Assembly (NCBI GenBank): GCA_002269645.1 | Contig: NIVC01003039.1 | Coordinates: 1-64,000 of the forward strand | Direction: 5' to 3' | Length of the DNA: 64,000 nucleotides | Origin: Macrostomum lignano | Lineage: Eukaryota | In this document: piece after piece, positions 42,850 to 57,100 of the stretch | How the letters are laid out: each line of letters begins with the position of its first letter | Position numbering within the stretch: position 1 is the first letter of the stretch | Notes under the pieces: generated by a model | The model's database searches: none | Seen by the model: only the letters and a program-made list of their open reading frames with translations | Told to the model about the DNA's origin: nothing | Made by a program: the position numbers and the translations under genes

Positions 42850-44340
42850 TGTTGTTGTTGTTGATGCCAACCACCTTTCATCAACGGCTAGGGGCCTCCT
42901 CCCTGGCCCCCACGGCGGGTGTCCTCTCCACCACTCCCAGTACTTCAGAGCTTTCTTCCGGTTGTTCACAAACCGCCCGAAGGCCACTGCAACACCACGC
43001 CCTCCTCCTTCCATCTGTCACCGGGCAGTCCCAGACTTGCTGCATTGTCTCGTCTAGCATGTCGCAACACCGGCATAAGCTTTTGTCCTGGAGCCCTATC
43101 CTCTTCCTGTAGGCCGCTAATTCGATCGAGTGGCCTGTGCGCATCCTTCTGAAGCTCACTTCCTCCCTCCTACTACTGAACCACGGGTCCCTATTATTAC
43201 CACACGTGCTCTGGTACACCCTCATCATTCTCTCGTGTCTCCAGCCACGTATCCGCGTACCGTAGTACCGTACCGCCTCGCTCTTTTTGCCACCGTGCTA
43301 GCCAGCACTCTAGCTCCGTCATGCTCAACCTCTCCTACCGCTTCGCCAGCCACCTCCTCCGCCTCCTCATTTCCTCCGATTCCGCAGTGACTAGGGATCC
43401 AGAGCAGGATCAACAGCTTACCCGCCTGGTCCAGCTTGCCGAAGTCTTACCTGACCAGCTTGGCCAGCGGGTTTCTGCCAACCTTGCTGACCACCTGGAG
43501 GCCACTCTTGCGATCTGTACATAACACCGCTTTCATCCAACGAATACCGCGTTTCTGTCAGCCATCTCGTCGCATCCCATATAGCGTGAGCGTCGACGAT
43601 GCGATCCTGCCTCCTGACACTTTACTAGACGCCAGGTTCCGCTCTCCATGTCGCCACTCATGACAACCATTCCGCCACCTCCGGCTCCAATAGTTGTTCA
43701 CTGAACCGTCCGTAAAAAAGCTAGGACATCCGCACCTTCGCTGGCTTCCTCGCTGCAAGGGTGCCTAGTTTTCTGCAATCCTCTTCTTCGGCCGGCGGGA
43801 ACCTTCCGCTTGGATCGACACACCCCTCCACGTCATTCCTGGTCTTTCTTTTTTTCACGTCCTCGAACCTTGGTACATCCAGCTGCCACTGATCCTTAGC
43901 AGCCCCCATGCAAAGCCCTCCCGTTCCAGCACGCGCCTATTCAGGCGGCCTTTCCCTCTGTCTTCCGCCAATCTTCTGATCGAGCCATCTCCCACCTGAG
44001 AATTCTATCCAGCCTCTGGACAGCTCTCCAGCTCGCCAGCCCACAGAGCTCCTCGGTGCCGCTCTCTTCCCTTGACTCCCTCAATCGGTGTCGTAGCCAT
44101 CATGCCTCCAATACTCTCGTAGCTTTTCTCTGGAGCACTTCCAGCTTAGCCCAGCTCTTCTCTCCAAGCCACGGCATACAGGCAGTCGATCCATACATAA
44201 TTTTACTCTCGAAAATCGTCTCTCACGTTTGCCTAAGAAGCTTGTTTTGCCAGCCCGTCGCTGCTCGCCAGATTCTTGAGCAGCTGGACGCGTCCCCTTA
44301 CAGATCTCTTGCACGTGCTTAACGAAACTCAGCTTGCTAT
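42850..44340 (-). mobile_element. 5'-truncated I-clade LINE (RNase H and C-terminal CCHC-like region) with (CAA)n 3' tail
   Basis: FFTDGS, LLWIPSHCGIGGNEEAE (RNase H), RMRTGH..L..Y..RIG....CRCC...ETMQQVWDCP; CAACAACAACAAC tail near 42850-42862; disrupted frames. Confidence 0.85.
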
Positions 44341-44394
44341 CTCAGCCTAGGCTCAGCCTTGCCATTCCCTATCAATTCCCATATGTGAGCCTTT

Positions 44395-44520
44395 TGATCG
44401 ACATCTCAGCAATTCCCAATGATATGAACCTTGACATCTCAGCAATTCCCCCGTCAGCCTTGACATCTCAGCAACTCTCCCCGTAAGCCTTGACATCTCA
44501 TAAATTCCCCTGTAAGCTTT
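44395..44520 (-). repeat. Inverted copies of the 32-kb 29-bp minisatellite
   Basis: TTGACATCTCAGCAATTCCCCCGTCAGCC is the reverse complement of the 32010-32400 monomer. Confidence 0.8.
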
Positions 44521-44916
44521 GAAATCATATGCATATAAGTAAGAACGAATAATGACAAGTAATTTGAGTTACATGTATGTTGACTTTGTGTACAGCATTT
44601 TTATAACAAAAAAAGTGTTATATTTTTATTTATGATACTGAAAACTAATATTTACATTTGTGACTTCGTTGAGTCAAAGTTTTAGAAAATTATTTTGCTT
44701 GATGCTTTAATTTAGTTTTGTGTTAATTTTCATGACTCAACTCAGGTATTAATTTGCAATTTGCCGAGCGAGGCTTTACCTGAGCTTTCTGTGTAATAGA
44801 CTACACTACCTAAATTTAAAACTCTTCTTTATTTGCACCGACTTTGCATTAAACAGTCAGAAGAGCAAAATAAAAGGTTTAACGCTTCAAGCGCTTTCTG
44901 TGAACTCTTATTTAAA

Positions 44917-45119
44917 ATGGCTAGCTATCTTGCTATTCCTGTTAAAAAGGCAGGCGAGGTCGACTTCCGAAAACCTTTTAAAACATTTATTGAACAGACA
45001 TATTCGAGCCAACAATATGAGACATTAAAATCTTCTATCGAGGATTTTCAAAACCTGCGTTCTAAGGTGGTCGCTAAACTTAGTGATCGGCATGAGTCTA
45101 CACTGGATGTACTGCTTAA
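44917..45119 (+). CDS. PDCD6IP: ALIX exon 1 (Bro1 N-terminus)
   Basis: MASYLAIPVKKAGEVDFRKPFKTFIEQTY...LDVLL; donor AA|GTAAGT, phase 2. Confidence 0.92.
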
Positions 45120-48100
45120 GTAAGTTATTTTATTCATTGTATTGTAATTAAAACAATTTTGATTGGGTCTAATAAAGTAGGCCTATTCTAAGCGTTGTAG
45201 ATGCTTTTCATTTGTTTTCTTCTGACTTAAGGGCAGGATGCTACAAACAAATTTTATAAGTATATATAGCCAGTATATAATGAAATGCAAGTCTCATGAT
45301 TTTATTGCATGTTTTTTGTTAGTTAAAATATTAAATTGTTAAATTGCTAGTTAATTTGTTTGTTTGTTAATTTGTTTTTTTGTGGTTTGTTTTAGGCCTG
45401 GGCCTATTCTATATATAAAACAAGGCCAGATAAGGTTCCATAGTGTAGAAGGACAGGTATATGACAGATATTTTCATTGTATACCCCATAGCCATAGGCC
45501 TAGTCCAAAGATAACCAGTCATTTTGCCCATAAACCATTTTGGCCATTGACATTTCACCCCTACACCATTTTGCCCCACAGACCATTTTGCCTATAGACT
45601 GTTTTGTCCATAGACTCTTTTGGCCATGGACTGTTTCTAAACTTTATGGTTTTAAACTTAGTGTTTCGATTTGCTATAACCAAAACCCTTTCTCATCCTC
45701 AGCTGTTCAAATTGGCTTTAATTGCCATACTTTCAGAAGGAATGACTTTTAAAAGACTTGTAATAATTCACATCATAAGAAACAAAATTGTAATAACATA
45801 ATTGTTGTAGCAGCAATTTAGATCATAGTTTTTTACACATTAAAACTAAAAATTAGCACCAAAAAAAGAAAAGAAAGATATATGTATGGCTGTATCTCTA
45901 AATTACATAATCACCATTTTGGCCAAAATGCCTATAATAGCCAAACTGGTTTATGGGCAAAATGGACTATGGCCATAGTCCGGATCATGCTAGGTGTATG
46001 CCTGAACAAAAATTGAATAATTACAAATACATGCCGAAAAAAATTTAGTGCACGCCCATTCTCAAAAATATACTGGTGTTGCAGCAATAAATGACCTTTT
46101 TTATGTTGTGATAATAAAAGACCTTTTTTTAAATTGCATAATAGACCCTCATTATTAGATAATTTTGTTGCTTTTAAAGCTTTTTCGGCGATAATATTTA
46201 CAGCGGAAAGTTTATACACGCAAAGATTTGTTTAAATACTCTATTACAAGCTAGAAAAAAACCAGAAAGCTTGAAATTAATTTTGGCATGCAAGGCCAAT
46301 GCATGCTTGAATTTTTGGGCATATACTATATAGAGGTCGGACGGGATTGAAATCTTCGGGCGGGATCGGGATTGGGAATAATTTTTTTCTCGGGATCGGG
46401 ATTGGGATTCGGGAATCGGGATCAGGCCTTTTAGTATATTGTAGCTTGTAGGTCCATATAAAGTTTAAAAAAAATTGAGCTAAAAATGTCAAGATCAAAA
46501 AGTAGAATACAACAAAATTGATGCAAAGTTTTGTAACCAACAAATTAATAATGTAATGAGTACAAGATAAAACAAAATACATTCAAGTAATCACTAATTC
46601 TATAAATTTTAATCAAAAGACCTGTTCCCATTTTTCGTGTTTTTTAGGGTCGGGATTCTAGTCCCGCGGGAATCCAATTTTCCTTGGGATCCCGAGATTT
46701 CGGGATCTGGATTGGGATCCCGTCCAACCTCTAATACTATATGATCCAGAGTATGGGACTATGGGCAAAATGGTCTGGGGGTGAAATGTCTATGGCCAAA
46801 ATAGTTTAGAGGCGTAACAACCAGAATTCAGTCTAGATCATGTTAGGTGCATGCCCAAACAAAAATTAGATAATCACAAATGCACATTGAAAAAAAATGG
46901 AGTGCATGCCCATTCTTAAAACTATACTAGTATTGCAACAATAAATGAACTTTTTATATTAGGGTGACAATAAATGACTTTTTTATCTTTTCTATTTTAC
47001 AATAACTCTTCTGCATAATTCTATAAAGTGAACACTAGGTGTGCATGCATAATATTTTCTTAGGAGTCTTGCATGCCATTGTGCATGCTTAGTTTTATCC
47101 TGCAAGGTCAATGCATGCCTAAATTTTTGGGTATATACTATATGATCTGGAGTATGGCATATACCAATGCTAGCCATTATACATATTGTACATCATTAAT
47201 TTTTGCCATGGCCCTTTGTTGTGCATGTTGTACCATTGTACATTAAATAGATTTATAAGTTCACAACAAGACTTTGATTTTTTAGTGGTTACATTATTAC
47301 CATTTAGATTAATTGTAGATTTGTTGAAATATTTTCTATGATATGCTATATGCCTATCATACTTTATTACATTAGAATGCTTATTAAAAGCAAAGTTTAC
47401 AATAGTTTAGGTGCAATCTCATAACTTATTTTTCATTTTAGGCCTCATTTGCATTGCTTTAAAATAAGAAAAAAAGAGAAATTACATTCAGCCTTAAAAT
47501 TACAAATTGAAATTGGGCATAAGTTGCAATTTTGCACTTTGTCTCTAATAAAAAATGTAAAACACAGGTTATAATATATCTATTAGGCATATACCAACAG
47601 ACTCAGGATGGAAAATTGTTGATATTTACTTTATAGTAGGTCCAAAAGAAATACCATGTGTATTTTAATGCCATTGCAATATTTTCACTTCAAAAAAAAT
47701 CATTATGACATTTTATGTTTTTGCCTATTTAGGCATTTTAGGTATATAGTATAATGCATAGCTTTGATAATGGTGACATGCCAAAAAATTAGTAAAAAAA
47801 CTTTGCCAACTCCTTGATACATGCTATGCATATGGTATTAGTGAACCTTGTTGCTCATGAGAATTTTCATCAAAAATAGTATATTCTTCAAGGATATAAC
47901 ATATTAATATTTTAAAATAATTTAAAGAAATTATCAAATATGTCAAAGCCTTTGTTTAGTATATTTTTTTCTATATTAAGGCCCAAGTTTCCTTAGTTTA
48001 AATGTCTTGATTTTTCATCAATATATATGAAGTCCAATTGACAGTATAGGCAGTGTATTCTAAGTTTCGTTTTGTATATAATACAATATTAAAAAGCCTA

Positions 48101-51100
48101 TTTGTTGCATAGGAAGATTCTGCATTGTGATGTATATAAGTCCCACATTTGAGTTGGCAGCTGTCTTGGAGGATGTGTGTTTAACCCAGCTGGCCAGTCC
48201 ACTCAGCTTTAGATATAAGCACATTATATAGGCATATAGGCACATAAGTAACTATACACCTCGACATAGACTAAGTTGATTATAGTTAGTTTTGCACTAC
48301 CTGCTTTTTTACTGCTTAAGGTTTAAGAATTTTCAAATAGCTTTATTAATTTTTCCACAAATCTGAATTTCAGATACCATGATCAACTTTGTGCTATTGA
48401 AAGCAAGTTGCCAATTTCTGAGAATTCAGTAAGTTTTGCACTTATTGCTTGAAATTGGCCTGTTCTGTGTGATATATTTATATTGTTCCTTTTTCAAATA
48501 TTGCAGATCCGCATTGACTTCAAGTATCATGATGCGTTTGAGAAAGAGAGCCTCTTCAGTGGAAAAAATGCTTTAAGTAAGTGCTCAAGTCTAGACTTCT
48601 AATTAGCTGGCGAGGCTATAAATTTACTCGTGCCGTTTACCCGCAGAGATCAGCTCTGGCGCATTCGAGAAGATGTGCGTCCTATTCAACATAGCTGCAC
48701 TGCAGACTCAGGTGGCCGGTCAGCAGAACTCGGACGATGCCGGTCTGCAAGCCTGCGCAAAATTTTTTCGCCAAGCCGCTGGCGCATTGGGCTACGTCAA
48801 GGACAATGCAACAGTTCTGTGCGGCCGAGAACTCAGCTCGGACATGAGCTCGGACGCCCTGTCCGCAATGATATCGCTGTGCTTGGCCCAGGCGCAGGAG
48901 ACTGTGTACAGGAAGGCGGCTAAGGATCGAATGAAATCGGCTATGGTGGCCAAGATTGCTATGTACGCTGCCGATCTGTACTCGGATACGCTGCGCTATA
49001 TGCAATTGTCAAGCGTGAAGTCTATGTGGCCGAAGGATTGGCTCAATGTTGTCGCCGCTAAACAGGTTGGTTGCTTTTGTAGAAATCGTAAAAAGTTTTT
49101 TTAAATGATTTTTTTTACTTTTTTCATAAATTCGTTTGATATTCGGCTGCAAGGCATTCTTGAAAAAATTATCTCAACTATACTACATTTTTTAAGAAGC
49201 AGATTATAAGAATCACTCCTGAACAGACTATTTGAGAATGGCCCCTGAACAGACTATTTGAGAATGGTCCCTGAACAGACTATTTGAGAATGGCCCCTGA
49301 ACAGACTATTTGAGAATGGTCCCTGAACAGACTATTTGAGAATGGCCCCTGAACAGACTATTTGAGAATGGTCCCGAACAGACTATTTGAGAATGGCCCC
49401 TGAACAGACTATTTGAGAATGGCCCCTGAACAGACTGTTTGAGAATGGCCCCTGAACAGACTGTTTGAGAATGGCCCCTGAACAGACTATTTGAGAATGG
49501 CCCCTGAACAGACTATTTGAGAATGGCCCCTGAACAGACTATTTGAGAATGGCCCCTGAACAGACTATTTGAGAATGGCCCCTGAACAGACTATTTGAGA
49601 ATGGCCCCTGAACAGACTATTTGAGAATGGCCCCTGAACAGACTATTTGAGAATGGTCCCTGAACAGACTATTTGAGAATGGTCCCTGAACAGACTGTTT
49701 GAGAATGGCCCCTGAACAGACTATTTGAGAATGGCCCCTGAACAGACTGTTTGAGAATGGTCCCTGAACAGACTATTTGAGAATGGCCCCTGAACAGACT
49801 ATTTGAGAATGGCCCCTGAACAGACTATTTGAGAATGGCCCCTGAACAGACTGTTTGAGAATGGCCCCTGAACAGACTATTTGAGAATGGCCCCTGAACA
49901 GACTGTTTGAGAATGGCCCCTGAACAGACTATTTGAGAATGGTCCCGAACAGACTATTTGAGAATGGTCCCTGAACAGACTATTTGAGAATGGCCCCTGA
50001 ACAGACTATTTGAGAATGGTCCCTGAACAGACTATTTGAGAATGGTCCCTGAACAGACTATTTGAGAATGGCCCCTGAACAGACTATTTGAGAATGGCCC
50101 CTGAACAGACTATTTGAGAATGGTCCCTGAACAGACTGTTTGAGAATGGTCCCTGAACAGACTATTTGAGAATGGCCCCTGAACAGACTATTTGAGAATG
50201 GCCCCTGAACAGACTATTTGAGAATGGCCCCTGAACAGACTATTTGAGAATGGCCCCTGAACAGACTATTTGAGAATGGCCCCTGAACAGACTATTTGAG
50301 AATGGTCCCTGAACAGACTATTTGAGAATGGCCCCTGAACAGACTATTTGAGAATGGTCCCTGAACAGACTATTTGAGAATGGCCCCTGAACAGACTATT
50401 TGAGAATGGCCCCTGAACAGACTATTTGAGAATGGTCCCTGAACAGACTATTTGAGAATGGTCCCTGAACAGACTGTTTGAGAATGGCCCCTGAACAGAC
50501 TATTTGAGAATGGCCCCTGAACAGACTATTTGAGAATGGCCCCTGAACAGACTATTTGAGAATGGTCCCTGAACAGACTGTTTGAGAATGGCCCCTGAAC
50601 AGACTATTTGAGAATGGCCCCTGAACAGACTATTTGAGAATGGCCCCTGAACAGACTATTTGAGAATGGTCCCTGAACAGACTATTTGAGAATGGTCCCG
50701 AACAGACTATTTGAGAATGGCCCCTGAACAGACTATTTGAGAATGGCCCCTGAACAGACTATTTGAGAATGGTCCCTGAACAGACTATTTGAGAATGGTC
50801 CCTGAACAGACTATTTGAGAATGGCCCCTGAACAGACTATTTGAGAATGGCCCCTGAACAGACTATTTGAGAATGGTCCCTGAACAGACTATTTGAGAAT
50901 GGCCCCTGAACAGACTATTTGAGAATGGCCCCTGAACAGACTATTTGAGAATGGCCCCTGAACAGACTATTTGAGAATGGCCCCTGAACAGACTATTTGA
51001 GAATGGCCCCTGAACAGACTATTTGAGAATGGCCCCTGAACAGACTATTTGAGAATGGCCCCTGAACAGACTATTTGAGAATGGCCCTGAACAGACTATT

Positions 51101-54100
51101 TGAGAATGGCCCTGAACAGACTATTTGAGAATGGTCCCTGAACAGACTATTTGAGAATGGCCCCTGAACAGACTATTTGAGAATGGCCCCTGAACAGACT
51201 ATTTGAGAATGGTCCCTGAACAGACTATTTGAGAATGGCCCCTGAACAGACTATTTGAGAATGGTCCCTGAACAGACTATTTGAGAATGGCCCCTGAACA
51301 GACTATTTGAGAATGGTCCCTGAACAGACTATTTGAGAATGGCCCCTGAACAGACTATTTGAGAATGGTCCCTGAACAGACTATTTGAGAATGGCCCCTG
51401 AACAGACTATTTGAGAATGGTCCCTGAACAGACTATTTGAGAATGGCCCCTGAACAGACTATTTGAGAATGGTCCCTGAACAGACTATTTGAGAATGGCC
51501 CCTGAACAGACTATTTGAGAATGGCCCCTGAACAGACTATTTGAGAATGGCCCCTGAACAGACTATTTGAGAATGGTCCCTGAACAGACTATTTGAGAAT
51601 GGCCCCTGAACAGACTATTTGAGAATGGTCCCTGAACAGACTATTTGAGAATGGCCCCTGAACAGACTATTTGAGAATGGTCCCTGAACAGACTATTTGA
51701 GAATGGCCCCTGAACAGACTATTTGAGAATGGTCCCTGAACAGACTATTTGAGAATGGCCCTGAACAGACTATTTGAGAATGGCCCCTGAACAGACTATT
51801 TGAGAATGGTCCCTGAACAGACTATTTGAGAATGGCCCCTGAACAGACTATTTGAGAATGGCCCCTGAACAGACTATTTGAGAATGGCCCCTGAACAGAC
51901 TATTTGAGAATGGCCCCTGAACAGACTATTTGAGAATGGCCCTGAACAGACTATTTGAGAATGGCCCCTGAACAGACTATTTGAGAATGGCCCCTGAACA
52001 GACTATTTGAGAATGGCCCCTGAACAGACTATTTGAGAATGGTCCCTGAACAGACTATTTGAGAATGGCCCCTGAACAGACTATTTGAGAATGGCCCTGA
52101 ACAGACTATTTGAGAATGGCCCCTGAACAGACTATTTGAGAATGGTCCCTGAACAGACTATTTGAGAATGGCCCCTGAACAGACTATTTGAGAATGGCCC
52201 CTGAACAGACTATTTGAGAATGGTCCCTGAACAGACTATTTGAGAATGGCCCCTGAACAGACTATTTGAGAATGGCCCCTGAACAGACTATTTGAGAATG
52301 GCCCTGAACAGACTATTTGAGAATGGCCCCTGAACAGACTATTTGAGAATGGCCCTGAACAGACTATTTGAGAATGGTCCCTGAACAGACTATTTGAGAA
52401 TGGCCCCTGAACAGACTATTTGAGAATGGCCCCTGAACAGACTATTTGAGAATGGCCCTGAACAGACTATTTGAGAATGGTCCCTGAACAGACTATTTGA
52501 GAATGGTCCCGAACAGACTATTTGAGAATGGCCCCTGAACAGACTATTTGAGAATGGCCCCTGAACAGACTATTTGAGAATGGTCCCTGAACAGACTATT
52601 TGAGAATGGTCCCTGAACAGACTATTTGAGAATGGCCCCTGAACAGACTATTTGAGAATGGCCCCTGAACAGACTATTTGAGAATGGTCCCTGAACAGAC
52701 TATTTGAGAATGGCCCCTGAACAGACTATTTGAGAATGGCCCCTGAACAGACTATTTGAGAATGGCCCCTGAACAGACTATTTGAGAATGGCCCTGAACA
52801 GACTATTTGAGAATGGCCCCTGAACAGACTATTTGAGAATGGCCCCTGAACAGACTATTTGAGAATGGCCCCTGAACAGACTATTTGAGAATGGCCCCTG
52901 AACAGACTATTTGAGAATGGCCCTGAACAGACTATTTGAGAATGGTCCCTGAACAGACTATTTGAGAATGGCCCCTGAACAGACTATTTGAGAATGGCCC
53001 CTGAACAGACTATTTGAGAATGGTCCCTGAACAGACTATTTGAGAATGGCCCCTGAACAGACTATTTGAGAATGGTCCCTGAACAGACTATTTGAGAATG
53101 GCCCCTGAACAGACTATTTGAGAATGGTCCCTGAACAGACTATTTGAGAATGGCCCCTGAACAGACTATTTGAGAATGGCCCCTGAACAGACTATTTGAG
53201 AATGGCCCCTGAACAGACTATTTGAGAATGGTCCCTGAACAGACTATTTGAGAATGGCCCCTGAACAGACTATTTGAGAATGGTCCCTGAACAGACTATT
53301 TGAGAATGGCCCCTGAACAGACTATTTGAGAATGGCCCCTGAACAGACTATTTGAGAATGGTCCCTGAACAGACTATTTGAGAATGGTCCCTGAACAGAC
53401 TATTTGAGAATGGCCCCTGAACAGACTATTTGAGAATGGCCCCTGAACAGACTATTTGAGAATGGCCCCTGAACAGACTATTTGAGAATGGCCCCTGAAC
53501 AGACTATTTGAGAATGGCCCCTGAACAGACTATTTGAGAATGGTCCCTGAACAGACTATTTGAGAATGGCCCCTGAACAGACTATTTGAGAATGGCCCCT
53601 GAACAGACTATTTGAGAATGGTCCCTGAACAGACTATTTGAGAATGGTCCCTGAACAGACTATTTGAGAATGGCCCCTGAACAGACTATTTGAGAATGGT
53701 CCCTGAACAGACTATTTGAGAATGGCCCCTGAACAGACTATTTGAGAATGGTCCCTGAACAGACTATTTGAGAATGGCCCCTGAACAGACTATTTGAGAA
53801 TGGTCCCTGAACAGACTATTTGAGAATGGCCCCTGAACAGACTATTTGAGAATGGTCCCTGAACAGACTATTTGAGAATGGCCCCTGAACAGACTATTTG
53901 AGAATGGCCCCTGAACAGACTATTTGAGAATGGTCCCTGAACAGACTATTTGAGAATGGCCCTGAACAGACTATTTGAGAATGGTCCCTGAACAGACTAT
54001 TTGAGAATGGCCCCTGAACAGACTATTTGAGAATGGCCCTGAACAGACTATTTGAGAATGGCCCCTGAACAGACTATTTGAGAATGGTCCCTGAACAGAC

Positions 54101-57100
54101 TATTTGAGAATGGCCCCTGAACAGACTATTTGAGAATGGTCCCTGAACAGACTATTTGAGAATGGCCCCTGAACAGACTATTTGAGAATGGTCCCTGAAC
54201 AGACTATTTGAGAATGGCCCCTGAACAGACTATTTGAGAATGGCCCTGAACAGACTATTTGAGAATGGCCCTGAACAGACTATTTGAGAATGGCCCCTGA
54301 ACAGACTATTTGAGAATGGCCCCTGAACAGACTATTTGAGAATGGTCCCTGAACAGACTATTTGAGAATGGCCCCTGAACAGACTATTTGAGAATGGTCC
54401 CTGAACAGACTATTTGAGAATGGCCCTGAACAGACTATTTGAGAATGGTCCCTGAACAGACTATTTGAGAATGGCCCCTGAACAGACTATTTGAGAATGG
54501 CCCCTGAACAGACTATTTGAGAATGGCCCCTGAACAGACTATTTGAGAATGGTCCCTGAACAGACTATTTGAGAATGGCCCCTGAACAGACTATTTGAGA
54601 ATGGTCCCTGAACAGACTATTTGAGAATGGCCCCTGAACAGACTATTTGAGAATGGCCCCTGAACAGACTATTTGAGAATGGCCCCTGAACAGACTATTT
54701 GAGAATGGCCCTGAACAGACTATTTGAGAATGGCCCCTGAACAGACTATTTGAGAATGGCCCTGAACAGACTATTTGAGAATGGCCCCTGAACAGACTAT
54801 TTGAGAATGGTCCCTGAACAGACTATTTGAGAATGGCCCTGAACAGACTATTTGAGAATGGCCCTGAACAGACTATTTGAGAATGGCCCTGAACAGACTA
54901 TTTGAGAATGGTCCCTGAACAGACTATTTGAGAATGGCCCCTGAACAGACTATTTGAGAATGGCCCCTGAACAGACTATTTGAGAATGGCCCTGAACAGA
55001 CTATTTGAGAATGGCCCTGAACAGACTATTTGAGAATGGTCCCTGAACAGACTATTTGAGAATGGCCCCTGAACAGACTATTTGAGAATGGCCCTGAACA
55101 GACTATTTGAGAATGGTCCCTGAACAGACTATTTGAGAATGGCCCTGAACAGACTATTTGAGAATGGCCCCTGAACAGACTATTTGAGAATGGTCCCTGA
55201 ACAGACTATTTGAGAATGGTCCCTGAACAGACTATTTGAGAATGGTCCCTGAACAGACTATTTGAGAATGGTCCCTGAACAGACTATTTGAGAATGGTCC
55301 CTGAACAGACTATTTGAGAATGGCCCTGAACAGACTATTTGAGAATGGCCCCTGAACAGACTATTTGAGAATGGCCCCTGAACAGACTATTTGAGAATGG
55401 TCCCTGAACAGACTATTTGAGAATGGCCCCTGAACAGACTATTTGAGAATGGTCCCTGAACAGACTATTTGAGAATGGTCCCTGAACAGACTATTTGAGA
55501 ATGGCCCTGAACAGACTATTTGAGAATGGCCCCTGAACAGACTATTTGAGAATGGTCCCTGAACAGACTATTTGAGAATGGCCCCTGAACAGACTATTTG
55601 AGAATGGCCCCTGAACAGACTATTTGAGAATGGCCCTGAACAGACTATTTGAGAATGGCCCTGAACAGACTATTTGAGAATGGCCCCTGAACAGACTATT
55701 TGAGAATGGTCCCTGAACAGACTGTTTGAGAATGGCCCCTGAACAGACTATTTGAGAATGGCCCCTGAACAGACTATTTGAGAATGGTCCCTGAACAGAC
55801 TATTTGAGAATGGTCCCTGAACAGACTATTTGAGAATGGCCCCTGAACAGACTATTTGAGAATGGTCCCTGAACAGACTATTTGAGAATGGCCCCTGAAC
55901 AGACTATTTGAGAATGGTCCCTGAACAGACTATTTGAGAATGGCCCCTGAACAGACTATTTGAGAATGGTCCCTGAACAGACTATTTGAGAATGGCCCCT
56001 GAACAGACTATTTGAGAATGGCCCCTGAACAGACTATTTGAGAATGGCCCCTGAACAGACTATTTGAGAATGGCCCCTGAACAGACTATTTGAGAATGGC
56101 CCCTGAACAGACTATTTGAGAATGGCCCCTGAACAGACTATTTGAGAATGGCCCCTGAACAGACTATTTGAGAATGGTCCCTGAACAGACTATTTGAGAA
56201 TGGCCCCTGAACAGACTATTTGAGAATGGCCCCTGAACAGACTATTTGAGAATGGTCCCTGAACAGACTATTTGAGAATGGTCCCTGAACAGACTGTTTG
56301 AGAATGGCCCCTGAACAGACTATTTGAGAATGGTCCCTGAACAGACTATTTGAGAATGGCCCCTGAACAGACTATTTGAGAATGGTCCCTGAACAGACTG
56401 TTTGAGAATGGCCCCTGAACAGACTATTTGAGAATGGTCCCTGAACAGACTATTTGAGAATGGCCCCTGAACAGACTATTTGAGAATGGTCCCTGAACAG
56501 ACTATTTGAGAATGGTCCCTGAACAGACTATTTGAGAATGGCCCTGAACAGACTATTTGAGAATGGTCCCTGAACAGACTATTTGAGAATGGCCCCTGAA
56601 CAGACTATTTGAGAATGGCCCTGAACAGACTATTTGAGAATGGTCCCTGAACAGACTATTTGAGAATGGCCCCTGAACAGACTATTTGAGAATGGTCCCT
56701 GAACAGACTATTTGAGAATGGCCCTGAACAGACTATTTGAGAATGGTCCCTGAACAGACTATTTGAGAATGGTCCCTGAACAGACTATTTGAGAATGGCC
56801 CCTGAACAGACTATTTGAGAATGGTCCCTGAACAGACTATTTGAGAATGGTCCCTGAACAGACTATTTGAGAATGGCCCCTGAACAGACTATTTGAGAAT
56901 GGTCCCTGAACAGACTATTTGAGAATGGTCCCTGAACAGACTATTTGAGAATGGTCCCGAACAGACTATTTGAGAATGGCCCCTGAACAGACTATTTGAG
57001 AATGGTCCCTGAACAGACTATTTGAGAATGGTCCCTGAACAGACTATTTGAGAATGTCCCTGAACAGACTATTTGAGAATGTCCCTGAACAGACTATTTG

